Counted from the stretch's first letter, positions 44,516 to 54,347 are shown. The stretch: 64,000 bases of DNA from Clostridia bacterium (GCA_045600145.1 JAZRXI010000012.1:14581-78580); one strand, 5' to 3'. Notes: a model not told the origin generated them from the sequence alone. Made by a program: numbers and translations.

Positions 44516-47044
44516 TCAGAATCCGCCCTGCTCGGTGCGGTTGATTATGTCATCCTGAAGCGAGCGTGAAAGTGTTGTGAACAGTGCGCTGTAGCCGGCA
44601 ACGCGGACAACGAGCGACTTATAATTTTCGGGATGCTTCTGCGCATCAAGCAATGTTTCGCGGCTTACTACATTGAACTGCATATGACTGCCCTTTTGCG
44701 CGAAATATCCCTGAATAAGTGCCACAAAGCTTTCAAGTCCCGATCTGCCCTTGAGTGCAGACGGATGGAATTTCATGTTATAAAGCGTACCGTTTGACGC
44801 GATGTAATGGTCAAGGCGCGATACCGAGTTTGCCGCCGCAGTAGGACCGCTGACGTCTCTGCCCGCCGCGGGTGAAACGCCGTCGGCAACGGGAGTAAAT
44901 GCAAGACGGCCGTCGGGAGTAGCGCCCGTCTGTGCGCCGAGCGGAACATTTGCCGAAACGGGATATAAGCCCGCTTGGAATTTTCCGCCGCGCGGATTAC
45001 TGAACTTTTCAAGCTCGCGGGTATAAACATAGGCGACCTCGCGCGCAAACGTATCTATTTCTTTTCTGTCATTTCCGAACTTATCAAGCTCGGCTATATC
45101 ATCCAGCATTTTTTGGAAGAACGCCTTTTTCTCGCTGTCGATACCGTTCTTCGCAATGCCGTTATATATTGAAACTATTTCTTCCTTGGTAGGCGCATTG
45201 CCGTTCTTAGCCGCCTCGATCACCGCCTGAGTGGTGAGCTTCTGCGCATGTGCGGCATCCATATCCTTGCCGAAATTGTTTGCAAGCGCATCGGCAAAAT
45301 CGTCCATAGTATAACGTTTTTGTTCAAAAACAAGCTTTTTTATCGCCCAAAGCGAATCAGCCATATTTGCTATGCCGAAGCCCTGCGGACCTGTGAAATT
45401 GTATACCGCGCCGCCTTCCTGCACTGACTTACCACTCTTTATACAATCGTCAACCATTGACGAAAGGAACGGAAGCGGACAGCGCTCTGCATGCGCCGCA
45501 TCTATGGCGTTATCGGCGTTGACAAGCAGGCGTACAAGATAGTCGCTCTGCTTTTTGTATGCCCCAAACAGCTCGTCAAAGCTCGTCATTTCCTGTACAG
45601 GCTGAGTTGCGGGCGAAACTCTCACACCGTCATCCACTCCGCACGAAAATACCATTTCGAGCGGACGGCACATATTAAAGAACGCGGCATCGTGCCAGCC
45701 GTCGGTCTTGCCTGACTTCTGCGGCTCAACACAGCCGATAATGTTATAGTCACGCGCGTCCTCAAGTGAAAGTCCGCGGCTCATGAGCGACGGAATAATA
45801 ACCTCATCGTTGTAGTACGCGGGAAGCCCTATTCCCGTGCGCGTAAGCTCTGCCGCCTTGATGAGCAGATCGTGCGGTGAAAGATTCCATACTCTTATCG
45901 AAAGCGACGGCTGAGGAAGCATGACATGCATCGACGCCTCTATCGACATATACGAAAGCTCATTCGTCGCATCGAGTCCGAACTTATCCTGACCGCCGCA
46001 AATGAGGTTCTGGAAAAGTGAATATCCGGCAAAGCCCTCAGCCGAAGCCGCGTCACGCGCCTTGTTCAGGTCGTTGAGCTTTACCCAAATGCAGTCCATA
46101 AGCTCCTGTGCAAAATCAAGCGTGAGCTTGCCCGCATCGTAATCCTTCTTGAAATACGGATACATATACTGATCGAAACGTCCGGGCGAGATCGAATGTC
46201 CGCTCGATTCCATCTGAAGCAGCATCTGTACGAACCAAAAAGACTGACACGCCTCATAGAATCCCGAAGCGCCGTTTGCGGGAACATTTTTGCAGTTACG
46301 CGCTATCTGAAGAAGCTCTGCCTTGCGTACCGCATCGTTTTCCTTTTCAGCCATTTCCTCCGCTAAAGCGGCATAGCGTTCGGCGTATTCCATCGTAGCA
46401 TCGCACGAAAGGATGACCGCCTGCAAAAAATGACTGCGTCTTGCGAAATCGCCGTCGGCAACACAGCATTTTTTCAGTTCTGTTTCCGCCTCCGCCTTGA
46501 TGCCCTTAAAGCCTACCGCAAGCACCTTGCCGTAATCGACGGTAACATGTCCGACACCGTTATAGAAGTAGTTGCCAGGCGTGAAAAAATTATGCTCAAT
46601 GGCAAGACGCGCTTCGGGTGCCATATATTCGGTGGCAAGCTCGCTTGTGGTCTTGCCCTTCCAATACTTATGCACCTCTCTGAGCTTTGCTTTGGTTTCA
46701 TCTGAAATATAGAAAGGATCGGCAGTGCGCGTCGCTATCGTTTCAAATTCGCTTTCAAGCCATTCGAACGAAAACTCGGGAAAGGTCTGACAACCTCTCG
46801 GTGCTTTTGTCGCCGAGCCCGCTATAAGCTCGCCGTCCCTTATGGTTATCGGGATATGACGCAGGATATGCGCATACGCCTTTGCCCTTCTCGTTATTAT
46901 CGGCTCACTTTCTGTTTCCTTATATGATTCCGTAATGAGAACGGCGCGATCCGCTTCGATCTCAGGTAATTTTTCGTAAAGATCATTCACAAGCTTTGAA
47001 ATACGTTCGGTTTTTTTGATTCCCGTCAAAAGCCGTTCATCCAT
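44516..47044 (-). CDS. Glycyl radical enzyme, diol-dehydratase type (1,2-propanediol/glycerol dehydratase-like)
   Basis: VVRVAGYSALFTTL glycyl loop, IIGCVEPQKSGKTDGWHDAAFFN Cys loop with the Cys-x-Glu dyad, GATPDGRLAFTPVADGVSP. Start at ATG 47044 after GGAGG. Confidence 0.8.
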   Translation of the reverse strand: MDERLLTGIKKTERISKLVNDLYEKLPEIEADRAVLITESYKETESEPIITRRAKAYAHILRHIPITIRDGELIAGSATKAPRGCQTFPEFSFEWLESEFETIATRTADPFYISDETKAKLREVHKYWKGKTTSELATEYMAPEARLAIEHNFFTPGNYFYNGVGHVTVDYGKVLAVGFKGIKAEAETELKKCCVADGDFARRSHFLQAVILSCDATMEYAERYAALAEEMAEKENDAVRKAELLQIARNCKNVPANGASGFYEACQSFWFVQMLLQMESSGHSISPGRFDQYMYPYFKKDYDAGKLTLDFAQELMDCIWVKLNDLNKARDAASAEGFAGYSLFQNLICGGQDKFGLDATNELSYMSIEASMHVMLPQPSLSIRVWNLSPHDLLIKAAELTRTGIGLPAYYNDEVIIPSLMSRGLSLEDARDYNIIGCVEPQKSGKTDGWHDAAFFNMCRPLEMVFSCGVDDGVRVSPATQPVQEMTSFDELFGAYKKQSDYLVRLLVNADNAIDAAHAERCPLPFLSSMVDDCIKSGKSVQEGGAVYNFTGPQGFGIANMADSLWAIKKLVFEQKRYTMDDFADALANNFGKDMDAAHAQKLTTQAVIEAAKNGNAPTKEEIVSIYNGIAKNGIDSEKKAFFQKMLDDIAELDKFGNDRKEIDTFAREVAYVYTRELEKFSNPRGGKFQAGLYPVSANVPLGAQTGATPDGRLAFTPVADGVSPAAGRDVSGPTAAANSVSRLDHYIASNGTLYNMKFHPSALKGRSGLESFVALIQGYFAQKGSHMQFNVVSRETLLDAQKHPENYKSLVVRVAGYSALFTTLSRSLQDDIINRTEQGGF

Positions 47045-47380
47045 TATAGTGTGCCTCCGTTGCATTGCAAAATTCTACACTGTATATTTTATACTTCTTT
47101 TTCGTAAATGTCAACATAAAACAAAGATATTTTTATGAAAAATTCACTATTTTCAAAAATAAATTTATCAAGAAACAAGAAAAATATTCTATATATTAAC
47201 AATATCGTTCCTGTACGGTACGCGGGCTTGGCATAATCCTCCCGTTTTTTTATTATTTACTTCTTTATAAAACGAAATGTACACATTATTTCGATCAAAA
47301 AGCATCCAAACTTTCCGAGCAATTCAATCATATCGTGCCATTTTAAACATATAATCATCTTGAAAGGGATGATAGACTAT

Positions 47381-47665
47381 ATGAATGAACTTAAGGGAAA
47401 TGGCGGTACGGCAGTACGCTCAAATGTCACGATAGAAAACCGCGAACGGATAAATATAAGCGGGATAGTCCGTGTTGACAGCTTTGACGAAGCGGAGGTC
47501 AATGCGCGCTGTGAGAGTTGCGGAATATCGGTTTACGGACAGGGACTTCATATTTCGCGGCTCGACCTTGACAACGGCGTACTTATAATCGACGGTTTTA
47601 TAAGCGGTGTGGAGTATTCCGATGCTAATAAAAAAGACAGCTTCTTCTCACGCATATTCAAATGA
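47381..47665 (+). CDS. yabP: Sporulation protein YabP
   Basis: TIENRERINISGIVRVDSFDEAEV...LHISRLDLDNGVLIIDGFISGVEY is the YabP signature. The start is ambiguous (47360, 47369 or 47381). Confidence 0.75.
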   Translation: MNELKGNGGTAVRSNVTIENRERINISGIVRVDSFDEAEVNARCESCGISVYGQGLHISRLDLDNGVLIIDGFISGVEYSDANKKDSFFSRIFK

Positions 47666-48027
47666 AACTTTTTGAATCAAGCCGTCAGGCGCCTTTATTT
47701 CTCATATTTGCATGCTGCGGCATACTGCTCGGCATTATATATGATATTTTATATATCTTCCGTCGCAGAAAAAAAAGCATCGCGCTTCACGCAGCGGACG
47801 CTTTCTTTTCCATTTGCTTTTTTGCTTTTACAGCATTGTGCGCACTGATATACAATTCAGGGAAGCTTGAATGGTATTATTTTGCGGGTCTTGCCACGGG
47901 ATTCACACTTGAACATTTTACTTTGGGAAGTTTCATCAAAATTTCTATAGACTTTTTTGCGAAAATCTTATATAATTTATATATAAAATCGCATTTGCTG
48001 GAATTGTTCAAGCGAATAGCAAAATGA
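47662..48027 (+). CDS. yabQ: Spore cortex biosynthesis protein YabQ
   Basis: Small 3-4 TM protein with GILLGIIYDILYIFRRR. Conserved yabP-yabQ-divIC order with ATGA overlaps. Confidence 0.65.
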   Translation: MKLFESSRQAPLFLIFACCGILLGIIYDILYIFRRRKKSIALHAADAFFSICFFAFTALCALIYNSGKLEWYYFAGLATGFTLEHFTLGSFIKISIDFFAKILYNLYIKSHLLELFKRIAK

Positions 48028-48044
48028 GAAATGGAGCTGTCGGC

Positions 48045-48323
48045 ATGCCAAAAATATTTCGGTTGATATGTATGTTCGTGCTTATTGCAATATTGGGCTA
48101 TTTTTGCTATAAATACACACAACAGGAAATAGTGCTTGCAAGCCAGAATAAACAGATAACCCAAATGCGTGAAGAAAACCAACGTCTTGAGGACGAATAC
48201 CGTGAAATGCTGAACAGCCTTGATGATAAAAACACCCTCGAATATGTGGAAAAATATATGCGCAGTCATTTCGGTATGGTGCGTAACGGTGAGATCCGTG
48301 TAGACATCGTGGAGGCCGAATGA
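48045..48323 (+). CDS. divIC: Septum formation initiator (DivIC/FtsB family)
   Basis: N-terminal TM plus a coiled coil (QNKQITQMREENQRLEDEYREML). Confidence 0.65.
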   Translation: MPKIFRLICMFVLIAILGYFCYKYTQQEIVLASQNKQITQMREENQRLEDEYREMLNSLDDKNTLEYVEKYMRSHFGMVRNGEIRVDIVEAE

Positions 48324-49216
48324 AAAAAGCGGTAATTGATGTAGGCACAAATTCCACCCGTCTGTATATCGCGGATATAACCGGAACGGATCAAACGAAA
48401 ATCTTAAAGGAACTTGCTACAACACGGCTCGGCGAAGGCATAACGCTTTCAAGACTTATCGGCAAGCCGCAGATAAAGCGTACAAGTGACAAAATCGCCG
48501 AATATGTGCGCACCGCACGTAAAATCGGACTTGATGAAAGTGATATATACATTTACGCGACCGCCGTTGTGCGCGAATCCGCGAACAAGCAGGAATTTGT
48601 CGAAGCGGTACAAGAAAAGACAGGCATCGTGCCCGAAATAATCCCGGGCGAGCTTGAAGGAAAAATTGCCTATATGGGAGCTGCTTCCGGCAAGCAAAAC
48701 CACGCGGTCATCGACATCGGCGGCGGATCGACCGAAGTCGTCGCGGGATGTGACGGAGCTATTAAGGCTCTTTCGCAAAAAATCGGCGGAGTACGTCTTA
48801 AGGAAATTTTCGAGACCCCGTCGGGCAAGGTCGATATACGCAAAGTAAAAGAATACACCAACGGTTTTATGTCGACATATGAAAACATTGTCGAAAATGC
48901 AGAGGGGCTTATCGGTGTGAGCGGCACGCCAACCACGCTTGCTTCGCTTCATCTCGGACTTAAAACATATTGTCCCGAAAAAATACAGGATATGCACTTC
49001 AAACGCTCTGATATGGAAATACAGCTTGCTTTTCTGTCAAATCAGACCTCCGATGAACGAAGCATATATTCCGGTGACTTCGCCCCCCGTGCCGATATAA
49101 TAGTTTTCGGAGGATGTATTCTTTCCTCGTTCATGGAGCACTTTGATTTTGACGAAATAATCATCAGCGACCGCGATTCACTCGAAGGATATCTCGCATA
49201 CAAACTCAAAATATAA
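48320..49216 (+). CDS. Ppx/GppA-family phosphatase (exopolyphosphatase-like)
   Basis: AVIDVGTNSTRLYIADI and VIDIGGGSTEVV are ASKHA phosphate-binding motifs. Confidence 0.8.
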   Translation: MKKAVIDVGTNSTRLYIADITGTDQTKILKELATTRLGEGITLSRLIGKPQIKRTSDKIAEYVRTARKIGLDESDIYIYATAVVRESANKQEFVEAVQEKTGIVPEIIPGELEGKIAYMGAASGKQNHAVIDIGGGSTEVVAGCDGAIKALSQKIGGVRLKEIFETPSGKVDIRKVKEYTNGFMSTYENIVENAEGLIGVSGTPTTLASLHLGLKTYCPEKIQDMHFKRSDMEIQLAFLSNQTSDERSIYSGDFAPRADIIVFGGCILSSFMEHFDFDEIIISDRDSLEGYLAYKLKI

Positions 49217-49294
49217 AAACAGGCGTCAATTTGTCCGTACTTACATTTCAGATTTGCGTGTCGACCGAAACAAAAATGCGTTTTACTCGGTCAA

Positions 49295-49823
49295 TCAATG
49301 ATAACTTCTTATTATACTTCCAAATTGTTTTGAATTGAGCGGCACTCCATCATTAAGATACGAGAAAAACGCAGAATCAAAACCTTGCGATGGCAGTATA
49401 CCGTCTTCTGCTAATGAATAATAATAATCAAAATAATACATACTGCCCCACAATTTCATGTCACAGTCACCGTGGTCACCGATATTTTGTGCCAAACGAT
49501 ACATTGCGGAAACGATTTCACCCTTGCTCATTTTATTCGAATGGTATGCTTTTTTGAAAAACAACCTCAGTTTATCACGAACGCCAGCTTCATCTAATGT
49601 TTGTTCCAAGCAATAGTTATTCAGAACAGAAATGATTTCGTTTATATCAGAGCCACAGCAGGATAGATCTAATGTAATATCACTTAGCGGATCTTCCGAC
49701 TCCAGGCAAGAGTTCAGCCACTCATTGTACCCATCGAAAAAAACCAAGTATCAATATGTTTTTATAATAGAAAGCATCTTCGGGTTTCAATTCATGCACC
49801 TCCTCAGATTCCGCTTCGCTCAT
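49295..49823 (-). pseudogene. Hypothetical protein gene apparently split by a frameshift in a T7 run (or a homopolymer sequencing error)
   Basis: The 150-aa ORF at 49295..49747 starts at TTG with no SD. The 5' segment (SD GAGGAGG, TTG/ATG at 49793..49823) reads ...KPEDAFYYKNILILGFF. It would join FFDGYNEW in frame if the run at 49737..49743 were 6 nt. Confidence 0.4.
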
Positions 49824-49929
49824 ATTTTTCATCAGCGCTCATATGGTTTGCCCGAACAAATCCGTTTTCAGATCGCTTCCGTATCCGCCGTCGCATTGTT
49901 GCAGGCGTATTTTTCTGTTTGACGGCAGT

Positions 49930-51144
49930 TTATTTTACAATATCATCCCAGTGCAGTATAACACCGTTTTCTACAAGTCTTTGCTGAAGCGCTTTTATAT
50001 CAAGTGCAGTGAAATCGTCGCTCATTGCAGCGGCTGTTCCTGCTGCTTGACCTGTTACCGAGCAACACGGGATCACACGCATTATATCCCACATCGACTC
50101 GGTGACGGATGTACATCTTCCAGCACATATGAGATTTCTGCATTTTGACGAATACAATGTACGAAACGGAACTTCGTATACAGGGCCGCGTTTGCGCCAA
50201 TCAGATACCATTCCGACGGAATCTTCAAAGTATTTATGGTTTTCCTTGTCGTCAAGCAAATATTCGCCGACGAGTTTGCGTGTCATTCTCAGCTCAGGGA
50301 TCGACGCAAGCGTTGCGGGAACATAGCTTGCGTCCGTTTCACGCTGAGATAAAACATCGTTCATTGTTGAATTATGCGAAAAAATGACGAAATCGGTTAT
50401 TTCATCGGCGTCAAGTCCCGTAAAACGGCGATTCATAAGCATCGGAACAGAATCGCCGTTTGCTTCTTTCTGTTCATCGGGAATATCACAAACGCCGAGC
50501 GGCTTGCAAAAGTAGCCTTTTTCTTTGTTGAAAGCATAGTACCATGCCGCGAGAATATTGCCTTGACGGAACGTGTCGCACGGAGCGTCGGCAAATTTCG
50601 CGATGTCGGCATCGCCGGTAGCGTCAACAACGCTTTTAACTTTTATTGCAGTACGTCCGGATTTGTTTTCAACAATAACTGCACTGATTTTTCCGGCTTT
50701 GACGTCTGTCGCGACCGCATATGTTCCGTACAAAAGCTTTACGCCCTCCTTGAGCAAAAGCTGTTCGCAAAGGATCGCGCAGAAATGGGGATTAAACCAT
50801 GCATCAAAGCGGGGATCTTTTTCTGTGCGCCGGGATTTGTCAGTCGAATCAAGCCAATTCGTTGCGCGAGGACGCTCGCATCCTAATGATATCGAAAGTC
50901 TGAGCAGTTCTTCGGCTATGCTGAATGAAACCTGGTGTCCGAGGCCATCGCATATAGGCAGATATCCCGTTATCAAACCGGCAGTACCAAGACCACCGAG
51001 CATAAAGCCGCGTTCGAGTAAAATGACTTCTTTGTGTTCTCTTACTGCCGCAAGCGCCGCCGCTATTCCTGCGAAGCCGCCGCCGCATACAAGCACATCA
51101 CATTCTTTTGCGATCGGAGTAACAAGCTCTTCTTTTACATTCAT
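49930..51144 (-). CDS. FAD-dependent oxidoreductase (FAD_oxidored-type)
   Basis: VLVCGGGFAGIAAALAA dinucleotide-binding motif; C-terminus CSVTGQAAGTAAA. Confidence 0.65.
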   Translation of the reverse strand: MNVKEELVTPIAKECDVLVCGGGFAGIAAALAAVREHKEVILLERGFMLGGLGTAGLITGYLPICDGLGHQVSFSIAEELLRLSISLGCERPRATNWLDSTDKSRRTEKDPRFDAWFNPHFCAILCEQLLLKEGVKLLYGTYAVATDVKAGKISAVIVENKSGRTAIKVKSVVDATGDADIAKFADAPCDTFRQGNILAAWYYAFNKEKGYFCKPLGVCDIPDEQKEANGDSVPMLMNRRFTGLDADEITDFVIFSHNSTMNDVLSQRETDASYVPATLASIPELRMTRKLVGEYLLDDKENHKYFEDSVGMVSDWRKRGPVYEVPFRTLYSSKCRNLICAGRCTSVTESMWDIMRVIPCCSVTGQAAGTAAAMSDDFTALDIKALQQRLVENGVILHWDDIVK

Positions 51145-51155
51145 AAATCAATACC

Positions 51156-52091
51156 TCATAAAATTAGATTATATTCGTATTCCAGCACATTCAACGCTGT
51201 ATATTCATCGGTAACGAGCACATCTATTACATTTGTAAGAAGCGCGCCCCTTATGGCATCGGTCTTTTTATCTCCGCAAGCAAGTGCCACGGTAAGACCT
51301 GCGTTTTTAAGGTCGTCCACCGAAGCGCACAGGCTGTTTTCGTACATCGGCACAAATGTCCCGTCTTTTGTGAAAAAGTGAGTTGCTATATCACCGACGA
51401 CCTTTGTGTCGTCGCCTTTTTTACCGAAGATCTTTTCGAATACATCGAGCATGTCGGTATTGCCTATGCCCACGACCGCAATATCTATTTTGCTCCACAG
51501 CTCCGACATGGTTTTATAATACGAGGTCTTACGGAAAAGTGCTGTATCCTCGTCACTAGCCGGGAGATACGGAAACCATGTATTTTTTACTTTGGACGAA
51601 AGCTTGCAGGCTAAATTGTGAGCAAGCTCGTTTGAAGAAAAATACAGTCTCTCAGTATCGGTTTCGCCAAAAAGCGGATAAATGACGTTTCCGTTTGTAG
51701 TTATGAAATCAAAGGTGTCGATAAACTCTTCTATCGTTCTTCCGAGCGATATCGCTATACTTTTGTTCCCCTGTACAAAAAACGGAGTAAGATAACCTAT
51801 TGCTCTTTTTACAGTAACGGTGCGGCGCAAGACCTCGTCACGGTTCGAGACACTGCAAACCAACGCTTTTTTCAGTCCGTATTTTCTGCATAATTCTTTT
51901 TCAAGCTTTGTACAGTCATCCTCCGGATCGTGCACACTTATTTCAACTATGCGCTCATTTATCGCGTCATTCAAGAGCTTTGAAACCGTCTGTCTTGAAA
52001 TATGCATTATCGACGCGATCTCCTGCTGTGTCAGTTTCTTTTTATAATAAAGAAATGCCGCCTCCGACATCTGCTTTTTTGTATGTTCCAT
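51156..52091 (-). CDS. SorC/DeoR-type sugar-binding transcriptional regulator
   Basis: N-terminal HTH (LTQQEIASIMHISRQTVSKLL) plus a SorC-type sugar-phosphate-binding domain. Divergent from the aldolase operon. Confidence 0.8.
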   Translation of the reverse strand: MEHTKKQMSEAAFLYYKKKLTQQEIASIMHISRQTVSKLLNDAINERIVEISVHDPEDDCTKLEKELCRKYGLKKALVCSVSNRDEVLRRTVTVKRAIGYLTPFFVQGNKSIAISLGRTIEEFIDTFDFITTNGNVIYPLFGETDTERLYFSSNELAHNLACKLSSKVKNTWFPYLPASDEDTALFRKTSYYKTMSELWSKIDIAVVGIGNTDMLDVFEKIFGKKGDDTKVVGDIATHFFTKDGTFVPMYENSLCASVDDLKNAGLTVALACGDKKTDAIRGALLTNVIDVLVTDEYTALNVLEYEYNLIL

Positions 52092-52148
52092 AACAGCTTC
52101 CTTTTCTTTTTATGACTTCAGTATACCATATGAGCAAAAATAAGTCAA

Positions 52149-52193
52149 TATTTAACATATGTAATTGACAAATGTTAAATAGGGTGATACTAT
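52149..52193 (+). promoter_or_regulatory. Promoter (TTGACA-17-TACTAT) bracketed by a perfect 10-bp inverted repeat (candidate SorC operator)
   Basis: TATTTAACAT (52149..52158) and ATGTTAAATA (52172..52181) flank TTGACA (52165..52170). The -10 element is at 52188..52193. Confidence 0.5.
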
Positions 52194-52226
52194 ATAAGAA
52201 AGAAAAAAATAAGGAGAATAATTTTT

Positions 52227-53096
52227 ATGCTTTACACAATGAAAGAAATGCTTGCCGATGCAAAGAAAAACCACTATGCGATACCTGCTTTTGATGTGAG
52301 TAACTATGAAATGATGAAATCGGTACTTGATACCTGTGAGGAGGAAAAATCACCTGCGCTTCTTATGGGACTTGAGGCGGATTTCAGCGGAAAAGGTATG
52401 AATTTGATTGTCGATATGATAAAAGAGGCAAGCAAGTATTACAGTATACCAATTTGCTTCCATATGGATCACGCCGTCGATGTTGACAGAATAAAAGACG
52501 GCATAAAGGCGGGCTTCAGCTCAGTAATGTTCGACGGCTCGATTTTGCCCTTTGAAGAAAACGCCAAAGTAACTGCAGAGGTCGTAAAATTTGCTCACGC
52601 AAACTCAGTTACCGTTGAAGCGGAGCTCGGTCATGTCGGAAACGCAATGGTGGGAAATATAAGCGATACCACCGCGAACGAAGATCCCGATGACACACTC
52701 ACACTTCCCGACGAGGTGAAAAGATTTGTCGAAATTACCGATGTTGATGCTCTCGCTGTCGCTATCGGAACGGCACACGGGGTATACAAAAAAACGCCTA
52801 CTCTGCGCATCGACAGACTTGATGAGATCACAACGGTTTGTGACCGTCCTCTCGTGCTTCACGGCGGTAGCGGTACTCCCGACGACCAGATGAAAAATGC
52901 GATCGAGCACGGAATAACCAAAATCAATATTTACTCGGATGTTGTCGGCGCAATGAATGCGGGACTTAAAAATTCACTCAACAATATGACAAATCCTTCA
53001 ACATGGCCTGCTTTTGTATTTGAGGATGCCCGCAAAGGCATGAAAGAGGTTGTCAGAAACAAGCTCCGTACATTCGGAAGCAGCAACAGAGTATAA
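52227..53096 (+). CDS. Class II ketose-bisphosphate aldolase (tagatose/fructose-1,6-bisphosphate aldolase family)
   Basis: IPAFDVSNYE, HMDHA, EAELGHVG and AIGTAHG are class II aldolase metal/substrate motifs. Confidence 0.85.
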   Translation: MLYTMKEMLADAKKNHYAIPAFDVSNYEMMKSVLDTCEEEKSPALLMGLEADFSGKGMNLIVDMIKEASKYYSIPICFHMDHAVDVDRIKDGIKAGFSSVMFDGSILPFEENAKVTAEVVKFAHANSVTVEAELGHVGNAMVGNISDTTANEDPDDTLTLPDEVKRFVEITDVDALAVAIGTAHGVYKKTPTLRIDRLDEITTVCDRPLVLHGGSGTPDDQMKNAIEHGITKINIYSDVVGAMNAGLKNSLNNMTNPSTWPAFVFEDARKGMKEVVRNKLRTFGSSNRV

Positions 53097-53108
53097 GGAG
53101 GAATAAAT

Positions 53109-54347
53109 ATGAAAACAACAGCTGTACGCCTTTACGGCAAAAATGATTTACGGTTGGAAACCTTCGAGCTTCCGGAAATCAAAAACGGCGAAATACTTAT
53201 AAAAATCATTTCCGACAGCGTTTGTATGTCAACACATAAAACTGCGCTTCAAGGCGCAGCGCATCTGCGCGTTCCAGATGATGTTGCAGATAATCCCATA
53301 ATTGTCGGTCACGAATTCTGCGCCGAAATCGTACAGGTGGGAGATAAGTGGACAAATGAATATGCGGAGGGAGAAAAGGTCATTATTCCTCCTGTTTTGA
53401 GCTACCTCGGAGCATATAAAACGATAGGCTATTCGTTTGGCGAAATCGGCGGATGCAGTGAATACGCAGTAGTATATGAGCACATTATCAGCAACGGATT
53501 TCTTATCAAATTCAGCAGTGACGCCTTTTTTAAGGGCTCACTTATCGAGCCTGCTTCCTGCATTATAAGAGGATACAAGGCAAATCTGCATTTGGATGAA
53601 AGCTTATTGCCGTACTCAAACATCAAACCGCATGGCAAGACCGCGATTCTGGCAGGATGCGGACCAATGGGACTTGTTGCCATAGATATTGCACTTCACG
53701 GTGATATCAAGCCATCATTGCTCGTCGTTACCGATATAGATGTCAAGCGTCTTGACCGCGCTAAAGAAATCTTTTCACCCGAAAAAGCAAAAGAAAACGG
53801 GATAGAACTCATTTTTACAAGCGCTTCGACAAAGGAAGAGCTTTTATCGTTATCTAACGGCGGATTCGATGACGTCTTTGTCTACGCCCCTGTTGCGTCG
53901 GTCGTCGAGCTAGCGGATTCTGTATTGGCATATGACGGATGTTTGAATTTCTTTGCAGGTCCTATGGATAAAAGCTTCAGCGCCACATTCAATTTCTATA
54001 ATGTGCATTATGCGTCACATCATGTAGCGGGCACCAGCGGAAGCACTACAGAAGATATGAAAGACGTAGTGAAGCTAATAGGCGAAAATCGCATCGACCC
54101 TGCCGTGATGATAACACATATCGGCGGAATCGATTCCGCTATCGACACCACCCTACGTTTGCCTGAAATCGAAGGCGGTAAAAAACTGATTTATACGCAT
54201 ATCAACCTGTCGCTTACGGCGATCGCCGATTTTGAAAAGCTCGGTAAGACCGATAACCGTTTTGCAGAGCTTGACAGGCTCGTTAAAGAAAACAACGGGC
54301 TTTGGTCGTCAAAAGCCGAAAAATTCTTGCTCGATAATTTTAAGTGA
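53109..54347 (+). CDS. MDR-family dehydrogenase, SorE-like (ketose-1-phosphate reductase-like)
   Basis: 412 aa. MKTTAVRLYGKNDLRLETFELPEI...SDSVCMSTHK...VGHEF. The length and N-terminus resemble sorbose-1-phosphate reductase as I recall it. Confidence 0.55.
   Translation: MKTTAVRLYGKNDLRLETFELPEIKNGEILIKIISDSVCMSTHKTALQGAAHLRVPDDVADNPIIVGHEFCAEIVQVGDKWTNEYAEGEKVIIPPVLSYLGAYKTIGYSFGEIGGCSEYAVVYEHIISNGFLIKFSSDAFFKGSLIEPASCIIRGYKANLHLDESLLPYSNIKPHGKTAILAGCGPMGLVAIDIALHGDIKPSLLVVTDIDVKRLDRAKEIFSPEKAKENGIELIFTSASTKEELLSLSNGGFDDVFVYAPVASVVELADSVLAYDGCLNFFAGPMDKSFSATFNFYNVHYASHHVAGTSGSTTEDMKDVVKLIGENRIDPAVMITHIGGIDSAIDTTLRLPEIEGGKKLIYTHINLSLTAIADFEKLGKTDNRFAELDRLVKENNGLWSSKAEKFLLDNFK

Noticed and set aside
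43719-47360. Search for bacterial microcompartment shell genes, aldehyde dehydrogenase or pdu/cut accessory genes around the diol-dehydratase-type GRE
   Set aside because: None of the ORFs within the window has BMC-domain, EutN or PduP-like features. The absence is recorded as a finding rather than a feature.
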